Of a stretch of DNA of 61,438 bases, positions 47,401 through 57,206 are shown one piece after another. The notes beneath the pieces are model-generated. The model was not told the origin of the DNA. It saw only the letters and a program-made list of their open reading frames with translations, and did not search any database. Numbering within the stretch: position 1 is the stretch's first letter; the number at the start of each line of letters is the position of its first letter. Source of the DNA: a virus (taxonomy: Duplodnaviria > Caudoviricetes); IMG/VR virus record IMGVR_UViG_3300020595_001672, positions 1 to 61,438 of that record; one strand, written 5' to 3'. A program made the position numbers and the translations under genes.

Positions 47401-49385
47401 TCTGTGCCTGGTGACGATCCGCTAGTGCCTACGCCTAAGCTATCAGTAGACGGGTCAAACGACGTTACCGCATTTTGGCCAGTGGCACTTAAAACACCAA
47501 TAGTTGGCGGTATATTGCTAGCACTACTAAAACTGTAAGTAAGTTCTTCGTCTTGACTAATTTGTACATCGTACTGAGCAATAGCGTCTTCGTCGAGGAA
47601 TATTTGATTTGGCTGATAAAAGTTACCAGCGACTTCTGTAAAGTCAGCAATATTGCCCAAGTTAGCATTGTCAGTTAGTGTAATAGATAATGTACCAACT
47701 GACGACCCAAACGTGTTTGATCGTGTAATAGTAATGGTATATGTTTCTGTAGCTGATATAGGGTCAATAGTGCCAGTAAGATAGCGACCAGTGTGTGTTA
47801 TACACGGCGGCAGCCCAGATACAGTAGTAGTGTAAGAAACGTCTGTAGGAGTTATCTCAATGTTAACACTATCTAGTTCGTTAAACGTATAGCTAGTGCT
47901 ACTGCTGTACACTGTTGGAACATAATCTGCGTCTGCTGCTGTTTGAACAGCAGTATATGTCACCGACGCTGTGTTAGCCGGAGCCGAAGATTCAGCATGG
48001 AACATATAATTATCTGGCATGTACCAAGTTGTGTTAGTTGGCTCGTCTACAAATATATGCGAGTGCGAGTAAAAGCCGTCTGAGTTAGTGTCAGTATCGT
48101 TTGTATACGGAGCACCAAATAGTGTAAATGCGTTCTGTGATACATAGTCAGCTTCGGATCTGTTTGAAAACAGCGGGTAGTAAAATGATCCATCTGGTGA
48201 TTCAATGTAGCGATATTGTAAAGGAACGTCGTCTACTAGACTATTGGTACTAACGGTGCCAACATTGACCTGAGCGTTTTCTTTAACCATATGACACACT
48301 AGCATGTATTCTTCACTAGTGTCTACAATAAACGCACTACGTGCAATTACCAGCCATTCGCCGTTTTTATAGTGACTAATGGATAGTCTACCAGTATTAT
48401 CAATACCTGCTCTAAACTGGGAACTTTTGCCAGGTGCTTCGTAGAAACCATTTTCAATTACAACACCGTAATCGCTGTTTTCAAACGCAGCGTTTGGTCC
48501 AAGTCTTACAGCAAGATCTAATACGTCGCCTAGGCTGGTTATGTTTTCTAACAGTGTAGTAGAATCACCAGCATCAAACTTACTAGTTTCTAACAAACCG
48601 ATAGTAAATTTACGATCAAAATCTCGACCAGTGTTATCAAATTCAAAGTATTCGCCAGGGCTGTTAACTTCTTGTCCTATAGTGTAAAAGCCATCACTAA
48701 ATTGTGAACCTGAGTTAGAACCCTTTGTAGCAATGCCTCCGGAGATAGTTACGTCGCCAAAAGTGCCTATGTTAGGCGTAGTTTGACCGTATTGATTACT
48801 AGTACTAGGGTCATCAGCACCAGCGCCCACTGGAGTAACATTAAACAGTGCGTTTAGTGCGTTTACTACAGCATTAAGTGATGTAGTTTGTGCTTGACCA
48901 TTAATTGTAACATTGTAAGGTCTAATGGAAGTATAAAGCGCAACACCAGTGTCGGCATCTTCTCGGATAGTGATGTTACCGTCAGCATCGCCAACAGCTT
49001 TAACGCTGTTTACACCAAAGCTATCACCAAGTGATGTAAGTACAGAAGTGTTAGTGTTATCACGTGTAAAGTTTACAACAGTAATAGCATCGAGTTCTAC
49101 AGCGCCGCCAATTACGTTTGCCTTTTCAGTAATGTATGCTGCCGCTGCAACCGCATCAGCAAAGCCGTTACCGTCTGCGTCTTGGAATTCAGTGTGCGGT
49201 ACACCGTAGAATTCGTATACTGGGTTGTTGTCGTCTGTGGTTCTAACATCGTTAACAACATCAACACGAGTGCTGTCTTCGGTGTTAACTTGTCCACTTA
49301 GACAAGCGTTCCAGTATGCCGGCTGTGACGATCCTACAAAGGTTACACAGTTACCGTTGTTATTTCGAACTACTCGAATAGCCAT
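44415..49385 (-). CDS. Large virion structural/receptor-binding protein (Ig-like and LamG/ConA-like regions)
   Basis: 1656 aa, T/S/G/N/D-rich; VSGLPP...LTGT...YTITITRSN Ig-like segment; KALDFSGS...FTVGGR...FHGKI...IWLMGDG. Confidence 0.7.
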   Translation of the reverse strand: MAIRVVRNNNGNCVTFVGSSQPAYWNACLSGQVNTEDSTRVDVVNDVRTTDDNNPVYEFYGVPHTEFQDADGNGFADAVAAAAYITEKANVIGGAVELDAITVVNFTRDNTNTSVLTSLGDSFGVNSVKAVGDADGNITIREDADTGVALYTSIRPYNVTINGQAQTTSLNAVVNALNALFNVTPVGAGADDPSTSNQYGQTTPNIGTFGDVTISGGIATKGSNSGSQFSDGFYTIGQEVNSPGEYFEFDNTGRDFDRKFTIGLLETSKFDAGDSTTLLENITSLGDVLDLAVRLGPNAAFENSDYGVVIENGFYEAPGKSSQFRAGIDNTGRLSISHYKNGEWLVIARSAFIVDTSEEYMLVCHMVKENAQVNVGTVSTNSLVDDVPLQYRYIESPDGSFYYPLFSNRSEADYVSQNAFTLFGAPYTNDTDTNSDGFYSHSHIFVDEPTNTTWYMPDNYMFHAESSAPANTASVTYTAVQTAADADYVPTVYSSSTSYTFNELDSVNIEITPTDVSYTTTVSGLPPCITHTGRYLTGTIDPISATETYTITITRSNTFGSSVGTLSITLTDNANLGNIADFTEVAGNFYQPNQIFLDEDAIAQYDVQISQDEELTYSFSSASNIPPTIGVLSATGQNAVTSFDPSTDSLGVGTSGSSPGTDFKWTTMWDLRFVTFGSIVGGSTSSNDNEKDHLVGWSDNGVVFGISDDNINQTFTLKYDTDGYFRLYRGGALLKTSASTYSGAQTLTIAAFEDQTQNNVYIPTNFTIANQNAGSTTSPSGFKTPIAEGAMATSTLLGNVDAGDSTTHDAAVELNTTLDVNKRFILPKTWVQTNILPYIGTTGADVYFGVPASGVNWTDVALSDFDAVIGFEGTANPAHTSRLEVASSDSSVTDDTTNINSMTNAFFDYALEWDGDDLHVIACNIGDINTQPAINNGGAFSRVMTYHNYVPSDSAYGSLPLFFAVDDQGQVNLSTSGLQGIRTPFGIRDILVAEGSAGNGHFKVQPDAAAFDAASAGGHVPSGYGFESAGVTSLNAGNTYRFIYHPSMEANDEIEFRLASDNTTVYTTGVTAFDNTSAGDPNAEEGYKGITFAVPADAPPLTLYYVNDTTADAGRAVAISGSTYVESVTGITNEGPAANQTGTNIVDNGDYGWMSIDETLGAGERFVMDNAFFTDLFDEMPTAYEIRIGLKGANWDNGDQSTKSNTVVSGEVFKGDLQLRISGSTQSKTFQLFKPGTNYNTMLVNTPALQDTTCAFIEITADGNNIRFGFGRNGNIGLSQGDESTVNYSDWSGYKGETGDQGFGITSLDVMFLVTDIFNNSEDFDGANVDWTGLSEVSMPTLSTTVSTPWTKALDFSGSSERGLQVANQNHFNPIRMSDLGATATGNTTAGRTSNHSNARPWATAVVFSSDNNASNQHIWNQGEGTGTTDDNIYLRVDASRYLYFGWGRTGALNECSLGRLASGSGNWYGFYVGHTGERLSGSDASAANLADCFEIYSVNLSTALPGPDLSTSTNWSTNGGRMDRSVVGDFTVGGRGANRNFHGKIASMVVTTLRRSIDMPDYGEVSKMVRDPQQWQIDYRDNNTYRPSSLGTDAYNFSNNLHYGSAQIWLMGDGANDAYAQIRNNVSPNTVGQTSMNMVSMVSNDIETVNISGLT

Positions 49386-49388
49386 TAA

Positions 49389-50783
49389 TTATCTCCCTAC
49401 TACAAATAATGTGGTTAGCGGCTGTACAAACACTGGCTGATCTGCTCGTATAGCTGGTAATGCCCTTGCGTTTACATCTTCAATAGATGCAAGGTAAGCA
49501 GTCATAATTGGACGGTTCAGGAATGTTCTTCCCGTTGTGCCAGCACCAAAGAAGATCGGCTCACCTGTAAGGGCAAATGTAAATGTTGCGTCGTCGTTTG
49601 AGTCTCTAGTTTGCCAAATAAGCCCAACTTCTACAGTTGTATTAGCAAACTGCGGTGTTAGGTTAAAGTCGAATCTAAACGAACAAAAGTCACCTGTATT
49701 AAGTTGACTTATATTGTATGAACCCGAAGCAGCATTGTACTGTAAGCTGCCGGATGTCTGTGCTTCGTTGTACGGACTAAATGTACTGTCTTCAGCAAAG
49801 TCAAACATACTAGTCACGCCAGTCGGCATATAAGCGCCGGAGAATAAACCAACACCTCGATAAGCGTCTGGACGAGCAGTACTGCCGTCCATAAAGAATC
49901 CATCCGGTAAGTTGTTAGCATCTGCGCCGTAAATAGCACCGGGAGCTTCGGAAGCTCCGCCTGCTCCGTTGGTCCAATATGGTTTGTCGTTTGCTAGCTG
50001 TCGTTCGGCGCTAAAACCAAATCTCATCCATTCTTGCGTGAGTACTTGCGCAGAGGTATATTCTACGTCAGTACCAATGTCACTTGTACCAGCTGCTCCT
50101 GTTGTTCTATTTTCAAAACCACCAGTAAACTCGTAACCACCTGTACCGTCACCAATTAGGTCTTGTACATCAGCGCCGCCAACTGTTAAGCGACCGTCGA
50201 CATCAACGTCTGACTGGAAGTTAGCAATGTTCTCAACACGTAACGCAGAGCTATCTGGTGTAATAATGTTTGGCACCGATAAGTGCCCTTCTACAGTAAC
50301 ATCAGAATTAAAACTAGTGTGCTCTAACATTGTTACGCCACCAGATGCTAATCCGCCAATTTGGGTAGTGTTAACTGCGTAGGATGTTGTATTTGTGTTG
50401 TTTACGTTACCAGTAACTTCGCCGCTAACTCCGTCAATAATCTGTGTACTGTCGTCAGCAAACACTGAACCTGCAAAGTTACCAGAAAAATCAGCGCCGT
50501 CTACGGCAATTCCAGTTAACGCCGAGCCGTCAATTGCAGGTAGTGTACCTGTTAAATTACCAGCATCGATAGTGCCGTTAATGCCGTCAATTAGTAGTGA
50601 ACTATCATCGGCAAATACAGATCCTGTAATATCGCCGGTAACGTCACCTGTTACATTACCAGTCAAGTTAAATGCTGCTGATGTAATGCTTGATTCCCAA
50701 CTAGTGCCGTTCCACGTATATGTAGTTCCGCCTACAATATGCGTATCGTTGACATTAGGATTGCTAGGAAATTGTATTGCCAT
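49389..50783 (-). CDS. Tail fibre-like structural protein
   Basis: MAIQFPSNP...TYTWNGTSW; GSVFADDS twice; late promoter 50803-50810. Confidence 0.75.
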   Translation of the reverse strand: MAIQFPSNPNVNDTHIVGGTTYTWNGTSWESSITSAAFNLTGNVTGDVTGDITGSVFADDSSLLIDGINGTIDAGNLTGTLPAIDGSALTGIAVDGADFSGNFAGSVFADDSTQIIDGVSGEVTGNVNNTNTTSYAVNTTQIGGLASGGVTMLEHTSFNSDVTVEGHLSVPNIITPDSSALRVENIANFQSDVDVDGRLTVGGADVQDLIGDGTGGYEFTGGFENRTTGAAGTSDIGTDVEYTSAQVLTQEWMRFGFSAERQLANDKPYWTNGAGGASEAPGAIYGADANNLPDGFFMDGSTARPDAYRGVGLFSGAYMPTGVTSMFDFAEDSTFSPYNEAQTSGSLQYNAASGSYNISQLNTGDFCSFRFDFNLTPQFANTTVEVGLIWQTRDSNDDATFTFALTGEPIFFGAGTTGRTFLNRPIMTAYLASIEDVNARALPAIRADQPVFVQPLTTLFVVGR

Positions 50784-50817
50784 TATCCCTCTCCGTTTTT
50801 AATATTTATCGACACGC

Positions 50818-52137
50818 TTAGGCGCCCGTGCCGCTATTTAGTGTTTTTACTAGAGCTGCTAGTCGATCAATAGCGTCGCCGAGTGTTGTTGGCGCTGTAC
50901 CGTTCCAGTCAGTTGGTGTGAAAGCGTTATACGCAGATCCTGCACCACCTTGCGGTGAAGCATCTACCCAGTAGCTGTCATATCGTATTTTTAGTCTACC
51001 AGTATCTGATTCCCACCAAAGGTCGCCCGCTTCTGGGGTACCTCCCGGAGCATCGTCACTAACTGTGACACTGGCATTTCCGCTCGATCCGCCAACGCCG
51101 CTGCCAACTGGCAAAGCATCGATCCAAACATCGTCATATCTTACTTTTAAGCGTAAGCTGTCTGATTCCCACCAAAGATCGCCGGTATTAGAACTAACTG
51201 GCGGATCGTCGCTTACTGTAACACTTGCGCCGTCTACTACGCTAGTATTAATAGCAGCGCCGCCGATTGTAGTACCTGCTGGTAGGTCAGTCGGAGTAGT
51301 TAGAGTTAGTGTATTTTCTATAGTAACATCTGAGTTAAATATAGTAGGTGGTGTAATGTTAATTGCGCTACTATCAAGCGTATCAATATTTGCTGTGTAT
51401 AGTGTATTTTCTATAGTAGCATCTGAGTTAAATATAGCGGGCGGGATAATATTAATTGCGCTACTATCAAGCGTATCGATAGTTGCTGTGTATAGTGTAT
51501 TTATTTTAGCGTCTGTAGTAACATCAAGTACGTTAGTAGTTACTGTATTATTCAAGTAGTCTACAATTACAGTACTGTCGTCGCCTAATACATTGCCTTT
51601 AATGTCAGCAACCACAACAGGGCTTAGTGAAATGCTTAACACACCTTCTGCGTCAGCACTAGTGCTTATATTTGCGTCACCTAAGATACTAAGTGTTTCG
51701 CCACTGTTAATTGTACGCTGTGTGCTATCGTCACCGGCAACAGTAATAGCGCCACCGCTACCACCGGTTCCTGCGTCAAAGCCTGCTTCCCATTCTGAGC
51801 CATTCCATTTTAGCACTTGTCCAGTGTTTGGTACTGTATCACTTACATTACTCAGCGCTGATAACGAGTGATTAGATAGATCACTTACTTGTCCGGTTAC
51901 ATTGCCTGTAATGCCACCTGTAGCAATAATAGTATTATTAGACGAATCTACCATTACAGTACTGTCGTCGCCTAATACATTGCCTATTAGATCAAGAGAT
52001 AAAGTGTTGCCGTCGGCAGTGCTTTGACGAGCGTAGAGTTCGATAAAGTTACTTTCGATTTTAGCAAACGCACTGCGTAAGCTTTCGCCGTCGCCTGCTC
52101 TTTCTGCTGAACCTATGTTAATGTGTTCTTGCGTCAT
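50818..52137 (-). CDS. Tail fibre/baseplate-like structural protein
   Basis: INIGS...GDGESLRSAFAKIESNF.ELY (T4 gp9/gp10-type start); GDDST repeats; GQVLKWNG; DLWWESD twice. Confidence 0.75.
   Translation of the reverse strand: MTQEHINIGSAERAGDGESLRSAFAKIESNFIELYARQSTADGNTLSLDLIGNVLGDDSTVMVDSSNNTIIATGGITGNVTGQVSDLSNHSLSALSNVSDTVPNTGQVLKWNGSEWEAGFDAGTGGSGGAITVAGDDSTQRTINSGETLSILGDANISTSADAEGVLSISLSPVVVADIKGNVLGDDSTVIVDYLNNTVTTNVLDVTTDAKINTLYTATIDTLDSSAINIIPPAIFNSDATIENTLYTANIDTLDSSAINITPPTIFNSDVTIENTLTLTTPTDLPAGTTIGGAAINTSVVDGASVTVSDDPPVSSNTGDLWWESDSLRLKVRYDDVWIDALPVGSGVGGSSGNASVTVSDDAPGGTPEAGDLWWESDTGRLKIRYDSYWVDASPQGGAGSAYNAFTPTDWNGTAPTTLGDAIDRLAALVKTLNSGTGA
51308..51502. repeat. 93-bp in-frame tandem duplication (31 aa)
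   Basis: Units start at 51308 and 51401, with a partial third at 51494. Confidence 0.9.
51566..51985. repeat. 33-nt exact direct repeat (51566-51598 and 51953-51985)
   Basis: attacagtactgtcgtcgcctaatacattgcct, encoding GNVLGDDSTV. Confidence 0.9.
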
Positions 52138-52149
52138 TCCCTCTTACCC

Positions 52150-52587
52150 TCAATAATTCATTAATATGCTACTGATACTACCTGTCTTCCACCCGCTTAC
52201 TACAGCTCTAAGCCATACAAAGTTACCAGTAAAGTTGTAGTTTACATTAGAATTCTCACCGTCGTAGCTAACACTCGACAGTGTTATTTTATTATCATTA
52301 GAAGCAGTAATAGCTCCGGTAGTGTCTACTGTAGCAATTAGCAAAGTAGTTGGGTCAACTGACGAAAGCTCAACAGTAAACCAATCTTCGTCAGTGGGCT
52401 CTATAGCAAGACTGCCTTGTATAGCAATCTCTCCTGAGAAATTAGTAAGGTTGATTTGTACAGTATGTAAACCGTCCGAGCGACCAAAGTATCCGTCTCC
52501 TTTTACTTTGTCGCTTGTCGCAGCTTGAACTGAACTGTCCCCTGGGTGGACTTGTGATGATAAAATTGTAACACTGTTTCCTGGCAT
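52150..52587 (-). CDS. Structural protein (beta-rich)
   Basis: Late promoter 52593-52600 immediately upstream; heads the fibre operon. Confidence 0.65.
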   Translation of the reverse strand: MPGNSVTILSSQVHPGDSSVQAATSDKVKGDGYFGRSDGLHTVQINLTNFSGEIAIQGSLAIEPTDEDWFTVELSSVDPTTLLIATVDTTGAITASNDNKITLSSVSYDGENSNVNYNFTGNFVWLRAVVSGWKTGSISSILMNY

Positions 52588-52604
52588 AGTGTTATTTATC
52601 TGTT

Positions 52605-53297
52605 TTACTTAGGAAGCAACTTGTCGAGTCTTTTTATTTCAAAGCCAAACATAGAAACTACGTTTAAAACTTTATCGTCACGTACATAAAAGTAGTATGT
52701 GCCGTAATACTGAGCTTTGTTCTTTCTTATTGCTTCTATAGTGCTTGTTCCGGCACGTACATAAGTGTTATTATTTGTTTCGAGATAAGCAGCAAGGGCA
52801 GTGTCGTGTATTTTCCCTACAGTGATTTTATATTTGTACTGATCGGCAAAACTATGATAGATAGTATTAGGTTCTATGTTATCATTCTTTTGAACATGTA
52901 ACTTATGTACACATGACAACTCCTTAGCAATATCACGAACCTTGCCTTCCTCATTAGAGTAGAGACTAAGATTGTTTAGTTCTACTCTTGTTTTTGTATC
53001 CGGAGCAGTTACGGTTAAGAAGTTATACAGCTTTTCGCAATCTTGGATATCTGTAGAAGTTGGTTGAAATCGACGTAGGGTCCATTTAGTCGGGTACCGC
53101 AGCGCTCCGGGCCCTGCTTGTTCGAGAGCTTCGTCCCAGTTAGCGCTGCTATTCATGTATTGCTTAGCAAAGTCGATTGTTTCACGAGCTTGAACACGAT
53201 CTGCCGAACGAAACAAATGCCCTATACAAGTTATTAGCTCAAGTTTGTATTTGTATTTGTTATAGAACAGTCCGCTTGCTATTACTTCATGTAACAT
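52605..53297 (-). CDS. Hypothetical protein
   Basis: Coupled to clpA. Confidence 0.65.
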   Translation of the reverse strand: MLHEVIASGLFYNKYKYKLELITCIGHLFRSADRVQARETIDFAKQYMNSSANWDEALEQAGPGALRYPTKWTLRRFQPTSTDIQDCEKLYNFLTVTAPDTKTRVELNNLSLYSNEEGKVRDIAKELSCVHKLHVQKNDNIEPNTIYHSFADQYKYKITVGKIHDTALAAYLETNNNTYVRAGTSTIEAIRKNKAQYYGTYYFYVRDDKVLNVVSMFGFEIKRLDKLLPK

Positions 53298-55518
53298 TTT
53301 GGTTGCTTTCGTAAGACAGAGTGATGTTCTTAGCTGCGCTAATAGTTACAGTGCCACCGTCTTTAAGCTCGCCGAACAGGATTGCTTTACTGAGCGGAGT
53401 CTTAATCTTCTCGTCAATGACTCGGCCTAGCGGACGAGCGCCCATTTCACGATGATAACCGTGTTTCATAAGATATGCTTTAGCGGTCTTATCAAGTTTT
53501 ACAGTTACGCCCTTGCCTTTAAGTGTAACACGCAGGTCGCTGATAAACTTGTCAACAATCTTACCAATTACAGATTCTTCAAGGTAGTTAAACGTAACAA
53601 CTTTGTCAAGACGGTTTCTAAACTCTGGCGAGAAGAATTTCTTAAACGCAGCGTCTTTGTACACTTTCTGCGCAGCATCACCAAAGCCGATTGTGTTCTT
53701 TTCACTGTCAGCAGCGCCAAGGTTTGTAGTAAGAATCAATACACAGTTAGACACGTCAATCTCTTTACCGTTACCGCCGGAGATCTTACCATAGTCCATT
53801 ACCTGTAGCAGGATCTGACTGATGTCTGGATGCGCTTTCTCAATCTCGTCGAGCAACAGTACACAGTTAGGATGTTCTTGTAGCTTATTAATCAGCTTAC
53901 CGGAACTATCACCATAACCTACATAGCCCGGAGGAGAACCCAGCAGCTTAGATACACTGTGTGACTCTTGATATTCACTCATATCAAAACGTACAAGTTC
54001 TACGCCTAAGTTGTCTGCGATTTGCTTAGCAGTTTCAGTTTTACCTGTGCCAGTTGGGCCCATAAACACAAAGCTACCAATTGGCTTGTTACGATCTTTA
54101 AGGCCTGCTTGTGCTACAAGGATCTTGTCTACTACTTGTTCAATAGCAACATCTTGTCCGTATACATAGCTCTTGATGTTTGACTCAAGATTAGCAAGGC
54201 TTGTAGTTTCACGCTCGCGAATGTTTTCAACAGGCATCTTGAGAACTTTAGCCATTTCAACTTCGATCTCAGAAGCCTTAACTACTCGCTTGCCTTCAAA
54301 GCCGTCGAGTAGATTAAAACGTGCGCACGCTTGATCAATAAGATCAATTGCTTTATCAGGAAGCTTTTTATCATGCTGATACTTTACACTAAGTTCAACA
54401 GAACGAGTAAGTGCGTTCTTGTGAATCTTAATTTTGTGATACTTTTCGTAGTACTTCTTAATACCAGCAAGGATAGCTACTGTATCTTTTTCACTTGGTT
54501 CTTCAACACTTACACGTTGGAAGCGTCGCATAAGCGCAGTGTCTTTTTCAAAGTGCTTGCGGAACTCATCCCACGTAGTGCTACCGATAACTTTGATAGT
54601 ACCTTTAGACAGAGCTGGCTTAAGAATGTTAGCAAGATCGTTTGGATTTTCACTTTGTCCCGCTCCGGCACCGTTCATCATATGTGCTTCGTCGATATAC
54701 AGAATAGCTTTTTCGTGCTGGATGAGATCTTCAAGCAGTGCGTCCATACGTTCTTCAAATTCACCACGGTAACGAGTACCAGCAAGAAGCGTGGTAATCT
54801 TAAGACTAAACACTTCGTAATCTTCAAGGAACTTAGGAACTTCTTTATTAACAATTCGGTATGCGAGTCCTTCGGCAATAGCAGTTTTACCTACGCCAGG
54901 GTCGCCAACAAGCATTACGTTGTTTTTAGAACGCCGGCCAAGCGATAGAGCAATACTTTCAATTTCTTCAGCACGACCGATAACTGGATCAATTTCTCCG
55001 TTAGCAGCCATTTCGGTTAAGTTGTCAGTATAACGTTCAAGCGGGTTTGCGTGCTTGCCACCGCCAGCAGCCAGTCCTTCTTCAAACATAAACTCACTGT
55101 ATAAGAACTCAGCCATCTTGTCTTTGGTAACACCGGCTTGAATACAATAGTAAGTAGCAAGGCAGTTCTTTTCGTGAAGAAGACTTAGAATAATATCAGC
55201 TAAGCTAACTTTATCTCGATTAGAAAACAGTGCTTGTGCGAACGAGCGTTGCATTACACGTTCAACTGCCCGTGTCTTCTTTGCTTTAATCTTCCCTTCT
55301 ATTACAATATCATCGCATTCGTTGAGTAGATGATTCTCTAGCCGATTCTTAAGGCTTTCGTAGTCAATGCCTAGTTCAGTTAGAGTCACTCCGAACTCTT
55401 CGACACACATGATAGCAAAGGTCAAGTGCTCAAGAGTTAGATACTCGTGCTTGAGTTTGCTTGCGTCTCTATTAGCTTTTTCAAAAGCCAATTGTACTTC
55501 TTCAGTTGTGTTTAGCAT
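53287..55518 (-). CDS. clpA: ATP-dependent Clp protease ATP-binding subunit
   Basis: Clp_N (HEYLTLEHL); GDPGVGKT and GPTGTGKT; IGF loop; no middle coiled coil; promoter TTGACT-16-TATTAT (55545-55572). Confidence 0.92.
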   Translation of the reverse strand: MLNTTEEVQLAFEKANRDASKLKHEYLTLEHLTFAIMCVEEFGVTLTELGIDYESLKNRLENHLLNECDDIVIEGKIKAKKTRAVERVMQRSFAQALFSNRDKVSLADIILSLLHEKNCLATYYCIQAGVTKDKMAEFLYSEFMFEEGLAAGGGKHANPLERYTDNLTEMAANGEIDPVIGRAEEIESIALSLGRRSKNNVMLVGDPGVGKTAIAEGLAYRIVNKEVPKFLEDYEVFSLKITTLLAGTRYRGEFEERMDALLEDLIQHEKAILYIDEAHMMNGAGAGQSENPNDLANILKPALSKGTIKVIGSTTWDEFRKHFEKDTALMRRFQRVSVEEPSEKDTVAILAGIKKYYEKYHKIKIHKNALTRSVELSVKYQHDKKLPDKAIDLIDQACARFNLLDGFEGKRVVKASEIEVEMAKVLKMPVENIRERETTSLANLESNIKSYVYGQDVAIEQVVDKILVAQAGLKDRNKPIGSFVFMGPTGTGKTETAKQIADNLGVELVRFDMSEYQESHSVSKLLGSPPGYVGYGDSSGKLINKLQEHPNCVLLLDEIEKAHPDISQILLQVMDYGKISGGNGKEIDVSNCVLILTTNLGAADSEKNTIGFGDAAQKVYKDAAFKKFFSPEFRNRLDKVVTFNYLEESVIGKIVDKFISDLRVTLKGKGVTVKLDKTAKAYLMKHGYHREMGARPLGRVIDEKIKTPLSKAILFGELKDGGTVTISAAKNITLSYESNQNVT

Positions 55519-55568
55519 ATGCTACCTTTTTTGTTAATGTTCTTATAATAACACTTTTGCGCTAAAAG

Positions 55569-56360
55569 TCAAGTGTTCTTTGTGTAAATCAAGTCACGAA
55601 CGTGTGAAAGTTTTTCTATAATTTCTTCGTCGTGAACATCGGGCATGACAGCTTCGATTTTTAATAGTACATTGCCTGCGATTCCTGTAGAAATATTAGG
55701 AATACCGTAGCCTGAAATATTTAGTACAGTGCCGGGCTTTGTGCCTTTTCGTATGGTTACAGAAAACTCACGCCCTGTCGGTATTGTTACGGGCACCGAA
55801 GCGCCAAGCATTAAATCTAATATGTTAACAATGATTGTAGATGATATACTATCACCGGAGTCACGCTTCCAGTCTGAGTCTCCCTGAACTCTTATTGCTA
55901 TTATCAATTTACCAGGCGGCATATGCGGATTTGAATCGTCGCCTAAGTTGGCAAATGTTAGCTTTTGATTGTCACGAATACCTTTAGGAATTTTAATAGT
56001 AATGTCTTTGGTTTTTCCACTGGGCAACTCGTAGCTAATGTCGACATGTTTATCAGTAAACTGATCGCTAAAGTTTATAACTTGCTCAACAAGTATGTTT
56101 TGGTTATGCTGCATACGCTTATAGTAAAAGGTTTGGTTAAGCCAGCTATCAAAACTATCACTTTGTTTAAACGTAAAGTCGTATTGACTACGCTTGTCTT
56201 GATCTTTTAGTGTGTTATATGCTTCTGTTATTTTTGAAAACTTTTTAGGATCGCCGCCGCGGTCAGGATGACTAGTTAACGCAAGCTTTCTGTAAGCTGA
56301 TTTAATTTCATCCTGACTGGCTGTTTTGTTTATATTAAGTATTGTATAGTAGTCGTCCAT
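55569..56360 (-). CDS. DnaJ/CbpA-type co-chaperone (no zinc finger)
   Basis: DYYTIL...HPD...EAYNTL...R..YD; DnaJ C-terminal domain. Confidence 0.9.
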   Translation of the reverse strand: MDDYYTILNINKTASQDEIKSAYRKLALTSHPDRGGDPKKFSKITEAYNTLKDQDKRSQYDFTFKQSDSFDSWLNQTFYYKRMQHNQNILVEQVINFSDQFTDKHVDISYELPSGKTKDITIKIPKGIRDNQKLTFANLGDDSNPHMPPGKLIIAIRVQGDSDWKRDSGDSISSTIIVNILDLMLGASVPVTIPTGREFSVTIRKGTKPGTVLNISGYGIPNISTGIAGNVLLKIEAVMPDVHDEEIIEKLSHVRDLIYTKNT

Positions 56361-56368
56361 ACTAATAC

Positions 56369-56710
56369 TTATTTGCTATCCTTCTTCTTGTTAAAATTTT
56401 CTACACCTTCTTTGGCGTAAAAAGCAGCAACAATAGCAGCAACAGAAACAAAGTATGTAGGCGCTATGTCTTTAAGTAACCCACCTGCGGTTTCTAATCC
56501 GAATAAACTTGTACCGATTATCGAAAACGGATACAGCAACATGCCAAACAAAGCAAACCATGCCATCATACGCTGAGCATCTTGTTTCTTATCGTCGTTT
56601 TCGATTTGAATCATACGCTCAGCTTTTGCCATCTCTTCGTCTGTTACAATTCCGTCACCGTCTTCGTCGAACTGATTATATATCGAATCCTTTTCGAGTG
56701 ATTTCCCCAT
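56369..56710 (-). CDS. EF-hand-like membrane protein, holin candidate
   Basis: DEDGDGIVTDEE loop; two hydrophobic helices; basic tail; downstream of the spanins. Confidence 0.5.
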   Translation of the reverse strand: MGKSLEKDSIYNQFDEDGDGIVTDEEMAKAERMIQIENDDKKQDAQRMMAWFALFGMLLYPFSIIGTSLFGLETAGGLLKDIAPTYFVSVAAIVAAFYAKEGVENFNKKKDSK

Positions 56711-57181
56711 TTACTTTTTCGCTTCCATTTTCTTTATAGCAGCGTCGTAGTCTTCTCGACTAACAATACCTTCATTTAACAAACGTTCTCTGTTAACGGC
56801 ATGTGCTGCTTGCGTGTCTTCTTTTGATCCGCCAAAGTACGGCACACAATGTCCTTCTTGGGTCATGATTTCAGTAATCATTCGTCCGTCCTGCGCAATA
56901 AAGTCGCCGAGGATTCGTCCGAACTTGCCTTTCATGTCTTCGCCGTGTTTGTTAACTTGAGTTTTTAGAATACACTCGTCGCCGAGTATTTGTTTTAGTC
57001 TTGCTTTAGCGGCTTCGCCGAACAAGTCTTCTACTCTGTCACTTGTTCTCGACTCTGGTGTGTCGATGCCCATTATACGAACACGTTCGTCCTTAAGCAT
57101 TACTCCAAAACCTAGATCAATATCGACATCAACTGTATCTCCGTCGATAACTTTTACTACGTATGCTCTATATTCGTACAT
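56711..57181 (-). CDS. Thermonuclease (SNase) family nuclease
   Basis: VIDGDT, VRIMGIDTPE, KFGRILG. Confidence 0.9.
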   Translation of the reverse strand: MYEYRAYVVKVIDGDTVDVDIDLGFGVMLKDERVRIMGIDTPESRTSDRVEDLFGEAAKARLKQILGDECILKTQVNKHGEDMKGKFGRILGDFIAQDGRMITEIMTQEGHCVPYFGGSKEDTQAAHAVNRERLLNEGIVSREDYDAAIKKMEAKK

Positions 57182-57206
57182 TGTTTCCCTCCCCGAAAAA
57201 TATACC

